Shown here: in pieces, positions 26,221 to 36,446 of the stretch
How the letters are laid out: each line of letters begins with the position of its first letter
Position numbering within the stretch: position 1 is the first letter of the stretch
DNA from: Candidatus Spongiisociaceae bacterium
Lineage (GTDB): Bacteria > Actinomycetota > Acidimicrobiia > Spongiisociales > Spongiisociaceae
Direction of reading: 5' to 3'
Length of the DNA stretch: 64,000 bases
Assembly (NCBI GenBank): GCA_965219685.1
Contig: CBDCOH010000002.1
Coordinates: 2,848,001-2,912,000 of the forward strand
The notes under the pieces: generated by a model
What the model saw: the letters and a program-made list of their open reading frames with translations, nothing else
Told to the model about the DNA's origin: nothing
Databases searched by the model: none
Position numbers and translations under genes: made by a program

Positions 26221-28133
26221 GAACGGGCAGTCTTACGACTGCCCCTCCATTGCGGCTGCTTGGGCTTGGCCGTCGGCTCGAAGGTTCCGATCTGAACGGG
26301 CAGTCTTACGACTGCCCCTCCATTGCGGCTGCTCCCTCGGTGCGACGGTGACCTGTACGGCGGGTCGAACGGGCAGTCTTACGACTGCCCCTCCATTGCG
26401 GCGGGTTGCTTCGCTGATGGTTCCCCGCTCCCGGACTGAACGGGCAGTCTTACGACTGCCCCTCCATTGCGGCCGGGTGAACCCGTGGCAGGGCGACCGC
26501 ATCACCGCCGGAACGGGCAGTCTTACGACTGCCCCTCCATTGCGGCTGTGGTGGCGGAGGGGCTGCTGAGGGTCTCCAGAGGAACGGGCAGTCTTACGAC
26601 TGCCCCTCCATTGCGGCTGCGCCGGCATGGCCGGGATCGTGTGGGTGCGGTCGGAACGGGCAGTCTTACGACTGCCCCTCCATTGCGGCTCTGCCATCCT
26701 TGTGCTCCTCTCTCCACTGGCGGATGAACGGGCAGTCTTACGACTGCCCCTCCATTGCGGCCTAGCCCGTCGATCCCGATAGGGGCCGCCATGATGGCGA
26801 ACGGGCAGTCTTACGACTGCCCCTCCATTGCGGCGGGGTATACGACAGCCGCCGGCGCCGGCGGGTGACCGAACGGGCAGTCTTACGACTGCCCCTCCAT
26901 TGCGGCATGGATGCAGCGATGGCAGGGTTCAAACTGTATCGGGAACGGGCAGTCTTACGACTGCCCCTCCATTGCGGCAAGACACACCAGTAAATCAGCT
27001 TGTACGACTACCCGAGAACGGGCAGTCTTACGACTGCCCCTCCATTGCGGCGATGTCGAGGGCGAGGATCGAGTCGTCGGAGTCGGTGGAACGGGCAGTC
27101 TTACGACTGCCCCTCCATTGCGGCCCGGTCTCCGCCCCGTGTTCGTCGTCAGGTCTTTGTCTGAACGGGCAGTCTTACGACTGCCCCTCCATTGCGGCCG
27201 GTATCTTTTCCTGCCGTTTTTCCGGTCGATCGACGAACGGGCAGTCTTACGACTGCCCCTCCATTGCGGCTGATCGGGTGCTGGGTTGTCACCGGCGACC
27301 GGTTCTGAACGGGCAGTCTTACGACTGCCCCTCCATTGCGGCCCGACGGATCCGACCGGGACCCCGCATCCGACGAGAGAACGGGCAGTCTTACGACTGC
27401 CCCTCCATTGCGGCGCCGCGGACCCGCCGCCGCAGGCGCTGTACATCGGCCGAACGGGCAGTCTTACGACTGCCCCTCCATTGCGGCCATCCGAGGGGAG
27501 TCCGTTCCCCAATCGGTATTGGAGAACGGGCAGTCTTACGACTGCCCCTCCATTGCGGCATCCCTCCGTCGGGGGTCTGCCACCAGGCGAGATTAGAACG
27601 GGCAGTCTTACGACTGCCCCTCCATTGCGGCACACGCCACCGGTGCCGCCGCCGGTCTTGTCTAGGGCGAACGGGCAGTCTTACGACTGCCCCTCCATTG
27701 CGGCACGGGCAGGTTGAACACGCCGCCGGCGGTGGTCACGAACGGGCAGTCTTACGACTGCCCCTCCATTGCGGCACTCTGGGCATCATCACACCCAGCC
27801 GGGCCAGCACGAACGGGCAGTCTTACGACTGCCCCTCCATTGCGGCATTGTTAAGCCTACCGGCGTGCTCTCTGCCTACTGGGAACGGGCAGTCTTACGA
27901 CTGCCCCTCCATTGCGGCAGCAATAGCCTTACTACCTACTCCTGTGGGCCGCGAACGGGCAGTCTTACGACTGCCCCTCCATTGCGGCGCACCTGACGCA
28001 AGCCGATACGGTCGGACGTATGATGAACGGGCAGTCTTACGACTGCCCCTCCATTGCGGTACCTCGATCCACACCGCGGCGTAGGTGCACCACACGTAAA
28101 CGGGCAGTCCTACGACTGCCCGTTCATTCCAGT
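26221..28133 (+). CRISPR. CRISPR array: 27 repeats (36 nt GAACGGGCAGTCTTACGACTGCCCCTCCATTGCGGC), 26 spacers of 34-38 nt
   Basis: Repeats counted from 26221, 26294, 26367 to 28025 (last base T), plus a degenerate terminal copy at 28098. Stem GGGCAGTC/GACTGCCC of 8 bp; ATTGCGGC 3' handle typical of I-G. Confidence 0.99.
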
Positions 28134-28141
28134 ACCGACCG

Positions 28142-29317
28142 CTACCAGAAGCTCGACTCTTCGGAGTGCACGTGGTCGGGGAGTCTGTAGCTGATTCCTG
28201 CCTCGTCGAATGCGGATACCTCCAGAAGGGAGGTGAAGGCGGTGAAGTTGGTCTGCTTGGCTACCTTCGCCAGGTACTTGCGGACGAAGGCCTTGTAGCG
28301 CATCTGCATCCTGAACCACGGGAGAACGCCGACCACCGGTGTGGCCGGGTACATGAGCTGGTCGGACAGCGGCTTGCCGACCAGAGCCCGCGACACGCGA
28401 TAGACGTACTTGCTGAAGCTCCGGCGGACCTCGGGTTCGGTCATACCCACCAGCAGCGGTCCCGAATTGATCAGTGCATTGGCCATCACCATCGACTCGA
28501 CTCCGGGAGTGGGCTCGCACATCCCGCCGATCTCGAACAACCTCACCGCCGCCGCCTCGTCTTCGAACAGAATCGTGTCGGGTATCCCCATCAGATAACC
28601 GGTGTAGCGCCAAACGGCCATGAAGCTCTCGCGCTCCTCGTCGTTGTAGCTCGCCCCCAGGTTCTCCATGTGCCTGAGCAGTCTGGCCGAGAACGCCGTG
28701 ATCGCGAAGCCCAGATGCGCGGCGCTGACGGGCGCTCCCCAAGCGTCGCGATCCCAGTCATCGGACTTGTCCAGGAGCCTGCGGATCTGTGCATGGATGA
28801 TCCGGACCCGGACCGAGAGCTTCCACCCGTCACCGGTCCTCTCCAGCCCACCGGGCATGAAACACTCGATCATGTGCCGGTTGTTCTGCTTCAGCCGCCT
28901 CACACCCTGATCGCGGAGCCGGCCCGTTATGAAGAAGGACTTGCTGATATTGGTCGAGAAACCCTCCACCAGCGTTCCGGCCAGCATCGAGGCCAGAACG
29001 ACCGGTGAGTTCCGGTGGAACATGCGGATACCGGGCAGGAAGGCATCCGGGTCCAGCCAGTCGGGCGTGGCGGATGCGTGGTCGAAGAACTCCCGTACGA
29101 AGACCGGGCTCGCCTTGAGCGCCTCCTCGTCCATATCCATGGCGACGCGGAGTGTCTGGTTTATCTGCCTGGGTCTCTGCGAGTAAAGCTGTTCGACGAA
29201 AGCGTCCGCAACCGGATCGGTGATGAGCATGTGGGCGATGTAGTTCGACGCCAACTCCGGGTCGATCAGCCGGGCCTTCTCGAAGCCCTCCGCGTAGTCC
29301 GTCGGTATGTCGAGCAA
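28142..29317 (-). CDS. DUF2236 / MpaB-Lcp-like heme oxygenase family protein
   Basis: DPVADAFV, PDWLD, VRVRIIHAQIRR, WGAPVS and WRYTGYLMGIP. Confidence 0.85.
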   Translation of the reverse strand: MLDIPTDYAEGFEKARLIDPELASNYIAHMLITDPVADAFVEQLYSQRPRQINQTLRVAMDMDEEALKASPVFVREFFDHASATPDWLDPDAFLPGIRMFHRNSPVVLASMLAGTLVEGFSTNISKSFFITGRLRDQGVRRLKQNNRHMIECFMPGGLERTGDGWKLSVRVRIIHAQIRRLLDKSDDWDRDAWGAPVSAAHLGFAITAFSARLLRHMENLGASYNDEERESFMAVWRYTGYLMGIPDTILFEDEAAAVRLFEIGGMCEPTPGVESMVMANALINSGPLLVGMTEPEVRRSFSKYVYRVSRALVGKPLSDQLMYPATPVVGVLPWFRMQMRYKAFVRKYLAKVAKQTNFTAFTSLLEVSAFDEAGISYRLPDHVHSEESSFW

Positions 29318-29353
29318 CTGTGTCCCTCCGGACCTTCCTCTACATCGTCGGTC

Positions 29354-31558
29354 TCAGTGGTCGTCCTCTGCCTCTACCCGGAGGTCGGGCAGCCAGTCCA
29401 GCCACGGCGGCAGGTACCAGTTCCGGGCTCCCAGCACCTCCATGCTGGCCGGGACCAGGATCGATCGAACGAAGGTGGCGTCGAGGAACACCGCTATCGC
29501 GAGACCGAACCCCATCAACTGGTTGATGACGGTGCGCCCGGTAGCGAACGCCCCGAACACCACAACCATGATGAGTGCCGCCCCCGTGATGATACCGGCG
29601 GTCGAGCGCAACCCGTAGGCGACCGCTTCGGTATTGTCGCCGGTCTCGTCGTAGCGTTCACGAATCCGGCTCAGCAGGAACACGTGGTAGTCCATCGACA
29701 GCCCGAAAAGCACGGCGAAGAGGAACAGCGGCATCCAGGCGTCGATCACCTCGGCCCGCTGGAACCCGAACAGGTCGATCCCGATTCCCTTCTGGAAGAC
29801 GAGCACCAGCAACCCGTAGGTCGCGCCGACCGAGAGGAGGTTCATGACGATGGCCTTCAGCGGGATGACTATCGACCGGAAGACCATCATCAGGATGATG
29901 AAGCTGAGGCCGAGCACCAGGGCGAAGACGATCGGCGTGTAGAACCTGACTATCCCGTAGAAGTCGGCCACCTCCGCGGTGAGGCCGCCCACGTGGACCT
30001 CGGCCGGTACGCCTTCGAAGAAGGCGGGGATGATCTCCTCGCGGAGAACGGTCACCTGATCGGCCGCCTCCGGGCTGCTCGGCTGTCCCGGGAAGGGGAG
30101 GGACAGGAGGGTCAGATCGCCGGCATCGTTGACCGTCTTGGTCGGGGGGACGGGAAAGGCGGGGTTGGTGAACAGTTCCCTCTGCAGGTCGCCTATCGCC
30201 GCTGCCACTTGCGGATCGTCGGCGTCGCCGTCGATGACTATCTCGGCGGGGCTGAGGACCCCGGCAGGGCTGACACTCCCCACGGAGAACTTCTCCTCGA
30301 GGAGGAGGAAGGCTTCCTTGGCCTGCGCGCCGTCGGGGAAGGTGTTCACATCGTTAAGGCCCGTCCGGATGTCCAGGTAGAAGTAGGACAGGGCCAGCAT
30401 CGGTATGCCGACCAGGAGGATGCTGATGACCGGGCGCCGCATGACGACCCGCGTCACGCTCTCCCAGAACCCCTCCTGGCTGACCTCGGGACTCTTGAGG
30501 GAGAAACGGGCCAGGAACGGTATGGGGAGGAGATCGACCCTCGGACCGAGCAGCGCCAGGGCTGCAGGCAGCAGCGTGAGGGTTCCCAACAGCGCGAAGA
30601 TGACCACCACGATCGCGCCCAGGGCCAGCGACTGGTAGAAGGACGCCGGCGTGATGAGGAGACCGATGAGAGCCAGCACCACGGTGGCCCCGCTGAACAC
30701 CACGGTACGCCCGGCGGTCGCGGCGGACCGCACCACGGCGTCGAACGTCTCCAGGCCCCGCGCCAGTTCCTCCTTGAACCTCGACACGATGAGAAGCGAG
30801 TAGTCGATTCCGACGGCCAGGCCGATCATCACCACCATCAGCCGGACGAAGAAGACCAGTTGGAACTGCTGGCCTATGACCGCTATGCCGGCCGTTGCCA
30901 GAACGATGGCGAACGCGGCGAGGCCCAGCGGAAGCAGGGTGGCGACGACGGCGCCTAGCAGCACGAGGAGGATGATCAGCGCGACCGGAACACCGAACCG
31001 CTCGCCCTTCTCCAGGTCTTCGAGCGCCAGTTCGTTGGTCTCGTAGGCAACGCTGGCGTCTCCCCCGATCAGCACGCGAAAATCGTCGGCCGCATCCGCC
31101 TCCTCGATGATGTGAATCACCTCCCCCACGTTCGCCGTGGCGGCGTCGGCGTTCCCGGTCATGCCGAACACCAGGATGGTCGTCTGGCGGTCCAGCGACA
31201 CTATGACCGGGTTGGAGGTCAGGTAGAAGTGGTCCAGCACGGTCACCTTGTCGGCTCCGAGGGCGGTCACATCGGCTGCGATCGACTCGACCTTCGTGCG
31301 GAAGGCGGCGTCGTCCACGGTGAGGGACGGCGACTGGACCACCACCAGTTCGGTCAGCTGCCTCGGCCCCCGCAACCGATCCTCCAGCAGCGCGGAAGCC
31401 TTCTCGGATTCGTAACGGCCCGCGAGCCGGAAGTCGGTGGTGGTGGCGGTGTCGAGCAGGCGGTCGATGAGACCCAACGAGACCACCAGCGCCAGCACCC
31501 AGAGACCGATGGTGAGCAGTGGCCTCCGTGCTGAGAAGCGGGCCAGAACGCCGATCAT
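29354..31558 (-). CDS. MMPL (RND superfamily) transporter
   Basis: GLAVGIDYSLLIVSRFKEE, TAGRTVVFSG, FGLSMDYHVFLLSRIRE and NWYLPPWL. Start moved to MIGVLARF. Confidence 0.93.
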   Translation of the reverse strand: MIGVLARFSARRPLLTIGLWVLALVVSLGLIDRLLDTATTTDFRLAGRYESEKASALLEDRLRGPRQLTELVVVQSPSLTVDDAAFRTKVESIAADVTALGADKVTVLDHFYLTSNPVIVSLDRQTTILVFGMTGNADAATANVGEVIHIIEEADAADDFRVLIGGDASVAYETNELALEDLEKGERFGVPVALIILLVLLGAVVATLLPLGLAAFAIVLATAGIAVIGQQFQLVFFVRLMVVMIGLAVGIDYSLLIVSRFKEELARGLETFDAVVRSAATAGRTVVFSGATVVLALIGLLITPASFYQSLALGAIVVVIFALLGTLTLLPAALALLGPRVDLLPIPFLARFSLKSPEVSQEGFWESVTRVVMRRPVISILLVGIPMLALSYFYLDIRTGLNDVNTFPDGAQAKEAFLLLEEKFSVGSVSPAGVLSPAEIVIDGDADDPQVAAAIGDLQRELFTNPAFPVPPTKTVNDAGDLTLLSLPFPGQPSSPEAADQVTVLREEIIPAFFEGVPAEVHVGGLTAEVADFYGIVRFYTPIVFALVLGLSFIILMMVFRSIVIPLKAIVMNLLSVGATYGLLVLVFQKGIGIDLFGFQRAEVIDAWMPLFLFAVLFGLSMDYHVFLLSRIRERYDETGDNTEAVAYGLRSTAGIITGAALIMVVVFGAFATGRTVINQLMGFGLAIAVFLDATFVRSILVPASMEVLGARNWYLPPWLDWLPDLRVEAEDDH

Positions 31559-32041
31559 GGAATGACTTCCCCTTTCGGTTCGCCGAGCGGGCTCGAACAG
31601 CGTCGATGCCCGCCGTCTCGACCGGGATGGAGGCCACGGCCGGGGCTGAGTATCCAAACGTGGACACACCCTCGATGCGGAGCCTCGAGAATCCGGGACT
31701 TGCCGTCTGAACCTTAGCCGTGGGGGCGAAGCCTTCCCCGACAATCCGGATCGTCGGGTCTCGGTCGATGATTGTCCGAAGTCCGGCGTACTCCAGACAG
31801 CTGCATAGAGGAACCGGACAGGACAAGGATCCGCCGCCGATACCAGCCAGGGGGACACGGCGGGTCGGCAGCGACCCGGCGCGGCCGGCGTTAACGGACC
31901 TGTACTTCCTGCTCGCCTTCCGGCACCGACCGGATCCGGCTCTGCTGCTACGAGGTCACCGCGACCCCTTACACTCGGTGCCGCCCCACGCTACGGCCAG
32001 GGGCTTCGAACGCCACCCGGAAGCGGTATGGAGGTTGCGTC

Positions 32042-33571
32042 ATGGCCGGCTCGACGAGGAAGCCCAACGTCCTGCTGGTGATGGCAGACCAGCTGGCGCC
32101 GCACTTCACCGGAGCCTACGAGCATCCGCTGGTCCGGACACCGGCCATGGACAGCCTGGTCGAGCGGGGCGCCCGTTTCGACAGCGCCTACTGTCCCTCG
32201 CCGCTGTGCGCTCCCTCGCGGTTCGCGATGATGACCGGACAACCGGTGTCGGCCATCGGCGCCTGGGACAACGCGGCCGAGTTACCGGCATCGGTACCCA
32301 CCCTCGCCCATTACCTCCGGAGGGCCGGATACCGCACCACCCTGTCGGGGAAGATGCACTTCGTAGGCCCGGACCAGCTGCACGGCTTCGAGCGCCGTCT
32401 GACCACCGACATCTACCCGGCGGACTTCGCCTGGACACCCCAGTGGCAGTCGTCCGGCGACCGGATCGACAAGTGGTACCACGGCATGGACAGCCTGGCT
32501 GAGGCGGGCCGGGCGTCGGCGACCTACCAGATCGACTACGACGAGGAGGTGGGTTTCGCCGCGGTGAGGCACCTGTACGACATGGCCCGCGACCGCGACG
32601 ACCGGCCCTTCCTCCTGGTCGCCTCCTTCATCCATCCCCACGACCCGTACGTGACCAGACCCGAGTGGTGGGAGCTCTACGACCACGACCACATCGACTT
32701 TCCCGACGTGCCACCGGAGGATTCCCTCGATCCCCACACACGGCGCATCCGCCGGGGCATCCAGGTCGAGAGCATCGGCTACGACGAGCCCGGCTGCCGC
32801 AACGCCCGGCACGCCTACTACGCCAACACCAGCTACTTCGACTCATGGGTGGGCGCCCTCCTGAGAACGCTCACCGAGACGGGACAACTCGACGACACCG
32901 TGGTGATCGTGACCAGCGATCACGGCGACATGCTGGGGGACCGCGGCACATGGTTCAAGATGTCGTTCTTCGAGCGCTCGGCGAGGGTTCCGCTCATCAT
33001 GGCGGGACCTGACGTGGTCCAGCGCACCGTCCCCAATGCGTGCTCTCTCCTGGATCTGCTGCCGACGCTCGTCGATGCCGCATCGGGAGACGGGATCGGG
33101 CCGGAGTTGGCCGAACCCCCCGCCGGGCGCAGCCTGTGGGAGAGCGCGGCAGGAGGCCGGGACCCGGTCGACGAGACGACCTGCGAGTACATGGCCGAGA
33201 TGACGACGCAACCGATGTTCATGATCCGCCGGGGGCGCCACAAGTACATCCACTGCGACACCGACCCGCCCCTCCTGTACGACTTGGAGGCCGACCCGCT
33301 GGAACGGGTGAACCTGGCGGGTGACCCCGACCACGCCGCCCTGTCAACCGCCTTCGCCGCGGAGGTGGGACAGAGATGGAACAGCGGCGCCATCCGGGAG
33401 CAGGTGCTCGCCTCGCAACGTACCCGGCAGCTGATCCACGGCGCCATGGAGACCGGCGAACGGACCTCGTGGGACTACGCCCCGGTACGGGACGCGGCCA
33501 ACGAGTACGTGCGCAACCACATGGACTGGGACGTGGTCGGCCCCCGGTACCGGCTCCCGGCGTCCGGCTGA
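32042..33571 (+). CDS. betC: Choline-sulfatase
   Basis: CAPSRFAMMTG (CxPxR), SGKMHFVGPDQLHGFERRLTTDIYPADF and the C-terminal WDY..YVRNHMD. Confidence 0.92.
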   Translation: MAGSTRKPNVLLVMADQLAPHFTGAYEHPLVRTPAMDSLVERGARFDSAYCPSPLCAPSRFAMMTGQPVSAIGAWDNAAELPASVPTLAHYLRRAGYRTTLSGKMHFVGPDQLHGFERRLTTDIYPADFAWTPQWQSSGDRIDKWYHGMDSLAEAGRASATYQIDYDEEVGFAAVRHLYDMARDRDDRPFLLVASFIHPHDPYVTRPEWWELYDHDHIDFPDVPPEDSLDPHTRRIRRGIQVESIGYDEPGCRNARHAYYANTSYFDSWVGALLRTLTETGQLDDTVVIVTSDHGDMLGDRGTWFKMSFFERSARVPLIMAGPDVVQRTVPNACSLLDLLPTLVDAASGDGIGPELAEPPAGRSLWESAAGGRDPVDETTCEYMAEMTTQPMFMIRRGRHKYIHCDTDPPLLYDLEADPLERVNLAGDPDHAALSTAFAAEVGQRWNSGAIREQVLASQRTRQLIHGAMETGERTSWDYAPVRDAANEYVRNHMDWDVVGPRYRLPASG

Positions 33572-33696
33572 AACCCTCCCACCACCCGGATGATGTGGGG
33601 CGGTGGACCACTCGGGCTCCGGCATACGCTGGGCGGCTACGCCCTTGTACGGGGTTCAAATAGCGAATACGCCGGGGTCAGGGCGGGATCGGGAGG

Positions 33697-34101
33697 TCAG
33701 AGATCGACGACGCCCGCCGCCCACCGGATCATGCGCCGGGAGAAGCGTCGGCACTCTTCAATGTCCTCTGCAGGCACGGGTCGGGCCCGTACGTACGGCG
33801 CCAGGTAATTGCGGGAGAACTCTTTCACGAACCTCTCGGAGTATCCCTCCAGCACATCCTGCACGCTCTCGTCAGGACACTCCTCCATCAGTTCCCACAC
33901 GCTGTGTGTCCGGGGGAACGGGGTTCCGAGCTTGATGTAGACGGTCTTGAGGGCCAGCTCCGCGGCCGAGGCGAAGTCCCTGACGGCTTCCTTCGTATCC
34001 CCCGTCTCGTCCAGAACCCTCAGACCGGTGGAGTGCCGCCACTCGGCCCGGGCCAGCCACTCCTCGGCAATCTCGCGGCCGCTGTTCGGGAGGTTGCTCA
34101 C
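33697..34101 (-). CDS. HEPN domain protein (toxin partner of an MNT-HEPN pair)
   Basis: EWLARA, AAELALKTV and FPRTHSV; GTG start overlaps the MNT stop. Confidence 0.8.
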   Translation of the reverse strand: MSNLPNSGREIAEEWLARAEWRHSTGLRVLDETGDTKEAVRDFASAAELALKTVYIKLGTPFPRTHSVWELMEECPDESVQDVLEGYSERFVKEFSRNYLAPYVRARPVPAEDIEECRRFSRRMIRWAAGVVDL

Positions 34102-34547
34102 GTCCCGGTGCCCGCCTGTCTGTCGAACACCAGGCGTCCGTCTTCCTGTGCCCACCTACAGGGACTGACGACCAGGTCTCGCATCCGGGTCAGGTCCTCG
34201 ACATCGGTCACGAAGACGTTCACCGGATAGGGGCAGAAGAACCTCGCGACGTATCTGATCTCCTGTTCCCACCGGTCCCAAGTCTCGACAGGCATAGAGT
34301 CGAAGGCGACGAGAAGGTCGATGTCCGAACGGAGCGTGTCCTCTCGACGCACCGTCGACCCGAATACGTACACCTTGTCGGGATCGAACATCAGGGCCAC
34401 GTCGATCGCCTGGCGGACCCAGTCGCGGGGTAGTCCCCGGTATGGCAGGGCATTGCGTCCGTGCCGGAGTGCTCGACGCTGGCGTTCGAGCATGTCCACA
34501 TCCGGATGCTCCACCTCCGGGACCGACCAGTCCGTTCTGACGGTCAT
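34098..34547 (-). CDS. Minimal nucleotidyltransferase (MNT) antitoxin-like protein
   Basis: VYVFGSTVRREDTLRSDIDLLV (GS-x-DxD). Confidence 0.85.
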   Translation of the reverse strand: MTVRTDWSVPEVEHPDVDMLERQRRALRHGRNALPYRGLPRDWVRQAIDVALMFDPDKVYVFGSTVRREDTLRSDIDLLVAFDSMPVETWDRWEQEIRYVARFFCPYPVNVFVTDVEDLTRMRDLVVSPCRWAQEDGRLVFDRQAGTGT

Positions 34548-34893
34548 GGACCGCACCGTAGACCGGTCCGTGAAGCAGAAACCATTCGCGGTCACTCCTT
34601 CCAGGGTTCGATACTGCCCGGCCGTCTCCGGACCGTCCCCCGCTCTTGCCCGGAAGGATAGTTTGCAGGGCTCCTGCGTCCGGTGACTCGACCATGTCGC
34701 CCGGGTCCGAACCCCGCCCGGCCGATGCGCGTAAGCGCCCGATCACCGGACGCCCGCCCAGGGATCCGGCTAGCGCGTCAGTATCCCCCGCTGTCCGGAC
34801 AGGATGCGTCACGACCATTCCCCGGCCCGTGCCACGAGCCTCGCCACGCTGCCGGATCCGGTCGGGGGGAAACCTCACTAGGTGATTGGCTCC

Positions 34894-34930
34894 TAGTCGG
34901 TAGTCGGTAGTCGGTAGTCAGTGATCAGTA
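34894..34930. repeat. Heptamer tandem repeat (TAGTCGG x3-4, degenerating)
   Basis: Direct reading. Confidence 0.75.
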
Positions 34931-34966
34931 ATTAACGTTAGAGTGGATCAAATTGCCGCCTTCCGT

Positions 34967-35042
34967 AGCACTGTTTGGCTCTCGCGTCTACGCCGCGGGT
35001 GGCTCTTCACGAAGTGGCAGCCGCGGGGTCCGAGTCCAGGAA
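34967..35042 (+). repeat. Dispersed structured element, copy A (candidate cis-regulatory or ncRNA)
   Basis: About 76 nt, highly similar to the reverse complement of 53381-53456, including an identical core TACGCCGCGGGTGGCTCTTCACGAAGTGGCAGCC. Confidence 0.85.
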
Positions 35043-35150
35043 TAGGTATAGGGGTCATCAATGTTATGCGGCGTTGTGTAACACAACGTAGAGTACGGCC
35101 CCTCCCCGGTCAGATGCCTTGGAACCACTTGTCTAGACTGACGCACCGGT

Positions 35151-36446
35151 ATGTCACGAGTGTTCACGGCCATGGAACGGGGAATGGTGGCACGCCGCGC
35201 CCAGAGGAGGATGGCGGCAGCAGGCGCCGGCACCCGAACCGAAGTGCTGCGCCACCTCGAGCGTCTGCTGCGCGAGCGGGAGGCGGACCTCCTCGCGGCC
35301 AACAAACTCGACTTGGACGCCCCCGGCGCAGACGAGCTTCCCGGCCCCATCCTGAAGCGACTGGCATTGACACCGTCGAAGCTGGAGACCCTCCGGGAAG
35401 GCGTGAGGGTGCTGATCGAAGAACCCGACCCTGCAGGGCAGCCCCTGCTCCGCCGTGAGTTGGACGAGGGACTGGTCCTGGAACAGGTGAGGGTTCCGAT
35501 CGGCGTCCTGCTGATCGTCTTCGAGAGCCGTCCGGACGCGGTCATCCAGATCGGATCCTTGGCTCTGCGGACCGGCAACGCCGTACTGATGAAGGGTGGC
35601 TCGGAAGCCCTCCACTCCAACCGGGCAATCACCGGGCTGCTCCGTGATGCGGTCACCGAGGCGGGCGCGGACCCGGACGTGGTCCAGAACGTCGAGGGCA
35701 GGGAAGCGGTCACCGACCTGCTGGAGTTGGACGAGTACATCGATCTGGTGATCCCCCGCGGGTCCGCCGAACTGGTCCGCTCCATCAAGTCGTCGTCGCG
35801 CATCCCGGTGCTGGGCCACGCCGACGGGATCTGCCACGTGTTCGTCGACGCGGCCGCCGATCCCGCAATGGCGGTGCGGGTGACCGTCGACGCCAAGACC
35901 AACTACGTGGCGGTGTGCAACGCCGCCGAGACCCTCCTGCTCCATCGGGACTTCCCGGCGGGCGCCGCCGTCGTGCAGGCGCTGCTCGAGGCCGGGGTGG
36001 AGGTCCGGGGGGATGACGCCGTCCAACGCATGGCGGACGGCGTGATCGCGGCGAGCGAGTCGGACTTCGGCTGCGAGTTCGGAGATCTGGTAATCGCCGC
36101 CCGGGTGGTGGACGGAGTCGAGACCGCCATCGACCATATACATTCGTACGGGTCGGCCCACACGGACACCATCGTCACCGGCGACGCCGGGGTCGCCCGG
36201 CGGTTCCTCGAAACGGTCGACGCCTCTTCGGTCTTCTGGAACGCCAGCACCCGCTTCGCCGACGGTTTCCGCTACGGGCTCGGAGCCGAGGTCGGTATCG
36301 CCACCGGCCGGGTGCATGCAAGGGGCCCGATGGGCGCGGAGGGTCTTTTCACCACCAAGTGGGTGCTGAGCGGGAACGGGCACGTGGTGGGTGACTACGG
36401 CCCCGGGAAGAGGTCGTACACGCACCGGGATCTCCCCCTGGACTGA
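35151..36446 (+). CDS. proA: Gamma-glutamyl phosphate reductase
   Basis: VPIGVLLIVFESRP, KGGSEA, VIPRG, VCNAAETLL and NASTRFADG...GLGAEVGI. Confidence 0.96.
   Translation: MSRVFTAMERGMVARRAQRRMAAAGAGTRTEVLRHLERLLREREADLLAANKLDLDAPGADELPGPILKRLALTPSKLETLREGVRVLIEEPDPAGQPLLRRELDEGLVLEQVRVPIGVLLIVFESRPDAVIQIGSLALRTGNAVLMKGGSEALHSNRAITGLLRDAVTEAGADPDVVQNVEGREAVTDLLELDEYIDLVIPRGSAELVRSIKSSSRIPVLGHADGICHVFVDAAADPAMAVRVTVDAKTNYVAVCNAAETLLLHRDFPAGAAVVQALLEAGVEVRGDDAVQRMADGVIAASESDFGCEFGDLVIAARVVDGVETAIDHIHSYGSAHTDTIVTGDAGVARRFLETVDASSVFWNASTRFADGFRYGLGAEVGIATGRVHARGPMGAEGLFTTKWVLSGNGHVVGDYGPGKRSYTHRDLPLD

Noticed and set aside
26042-28095. Repetitive ORFs across the array (ERAVLRLPLHCG, PQWRGSRKTARS)
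   Set aside because: These are translations of the CRISPR repeat.
26257-28097. Self-targeting spacers within the window
   Set aside because: None noticed by eye; not exhaustively testable without alignment.
34990-35010. T-box (GGGTGG...) upstream of proA
   Set aside because: Lacks the GGTGGNACCGCG antiterminator bulge and Stem I motifs.
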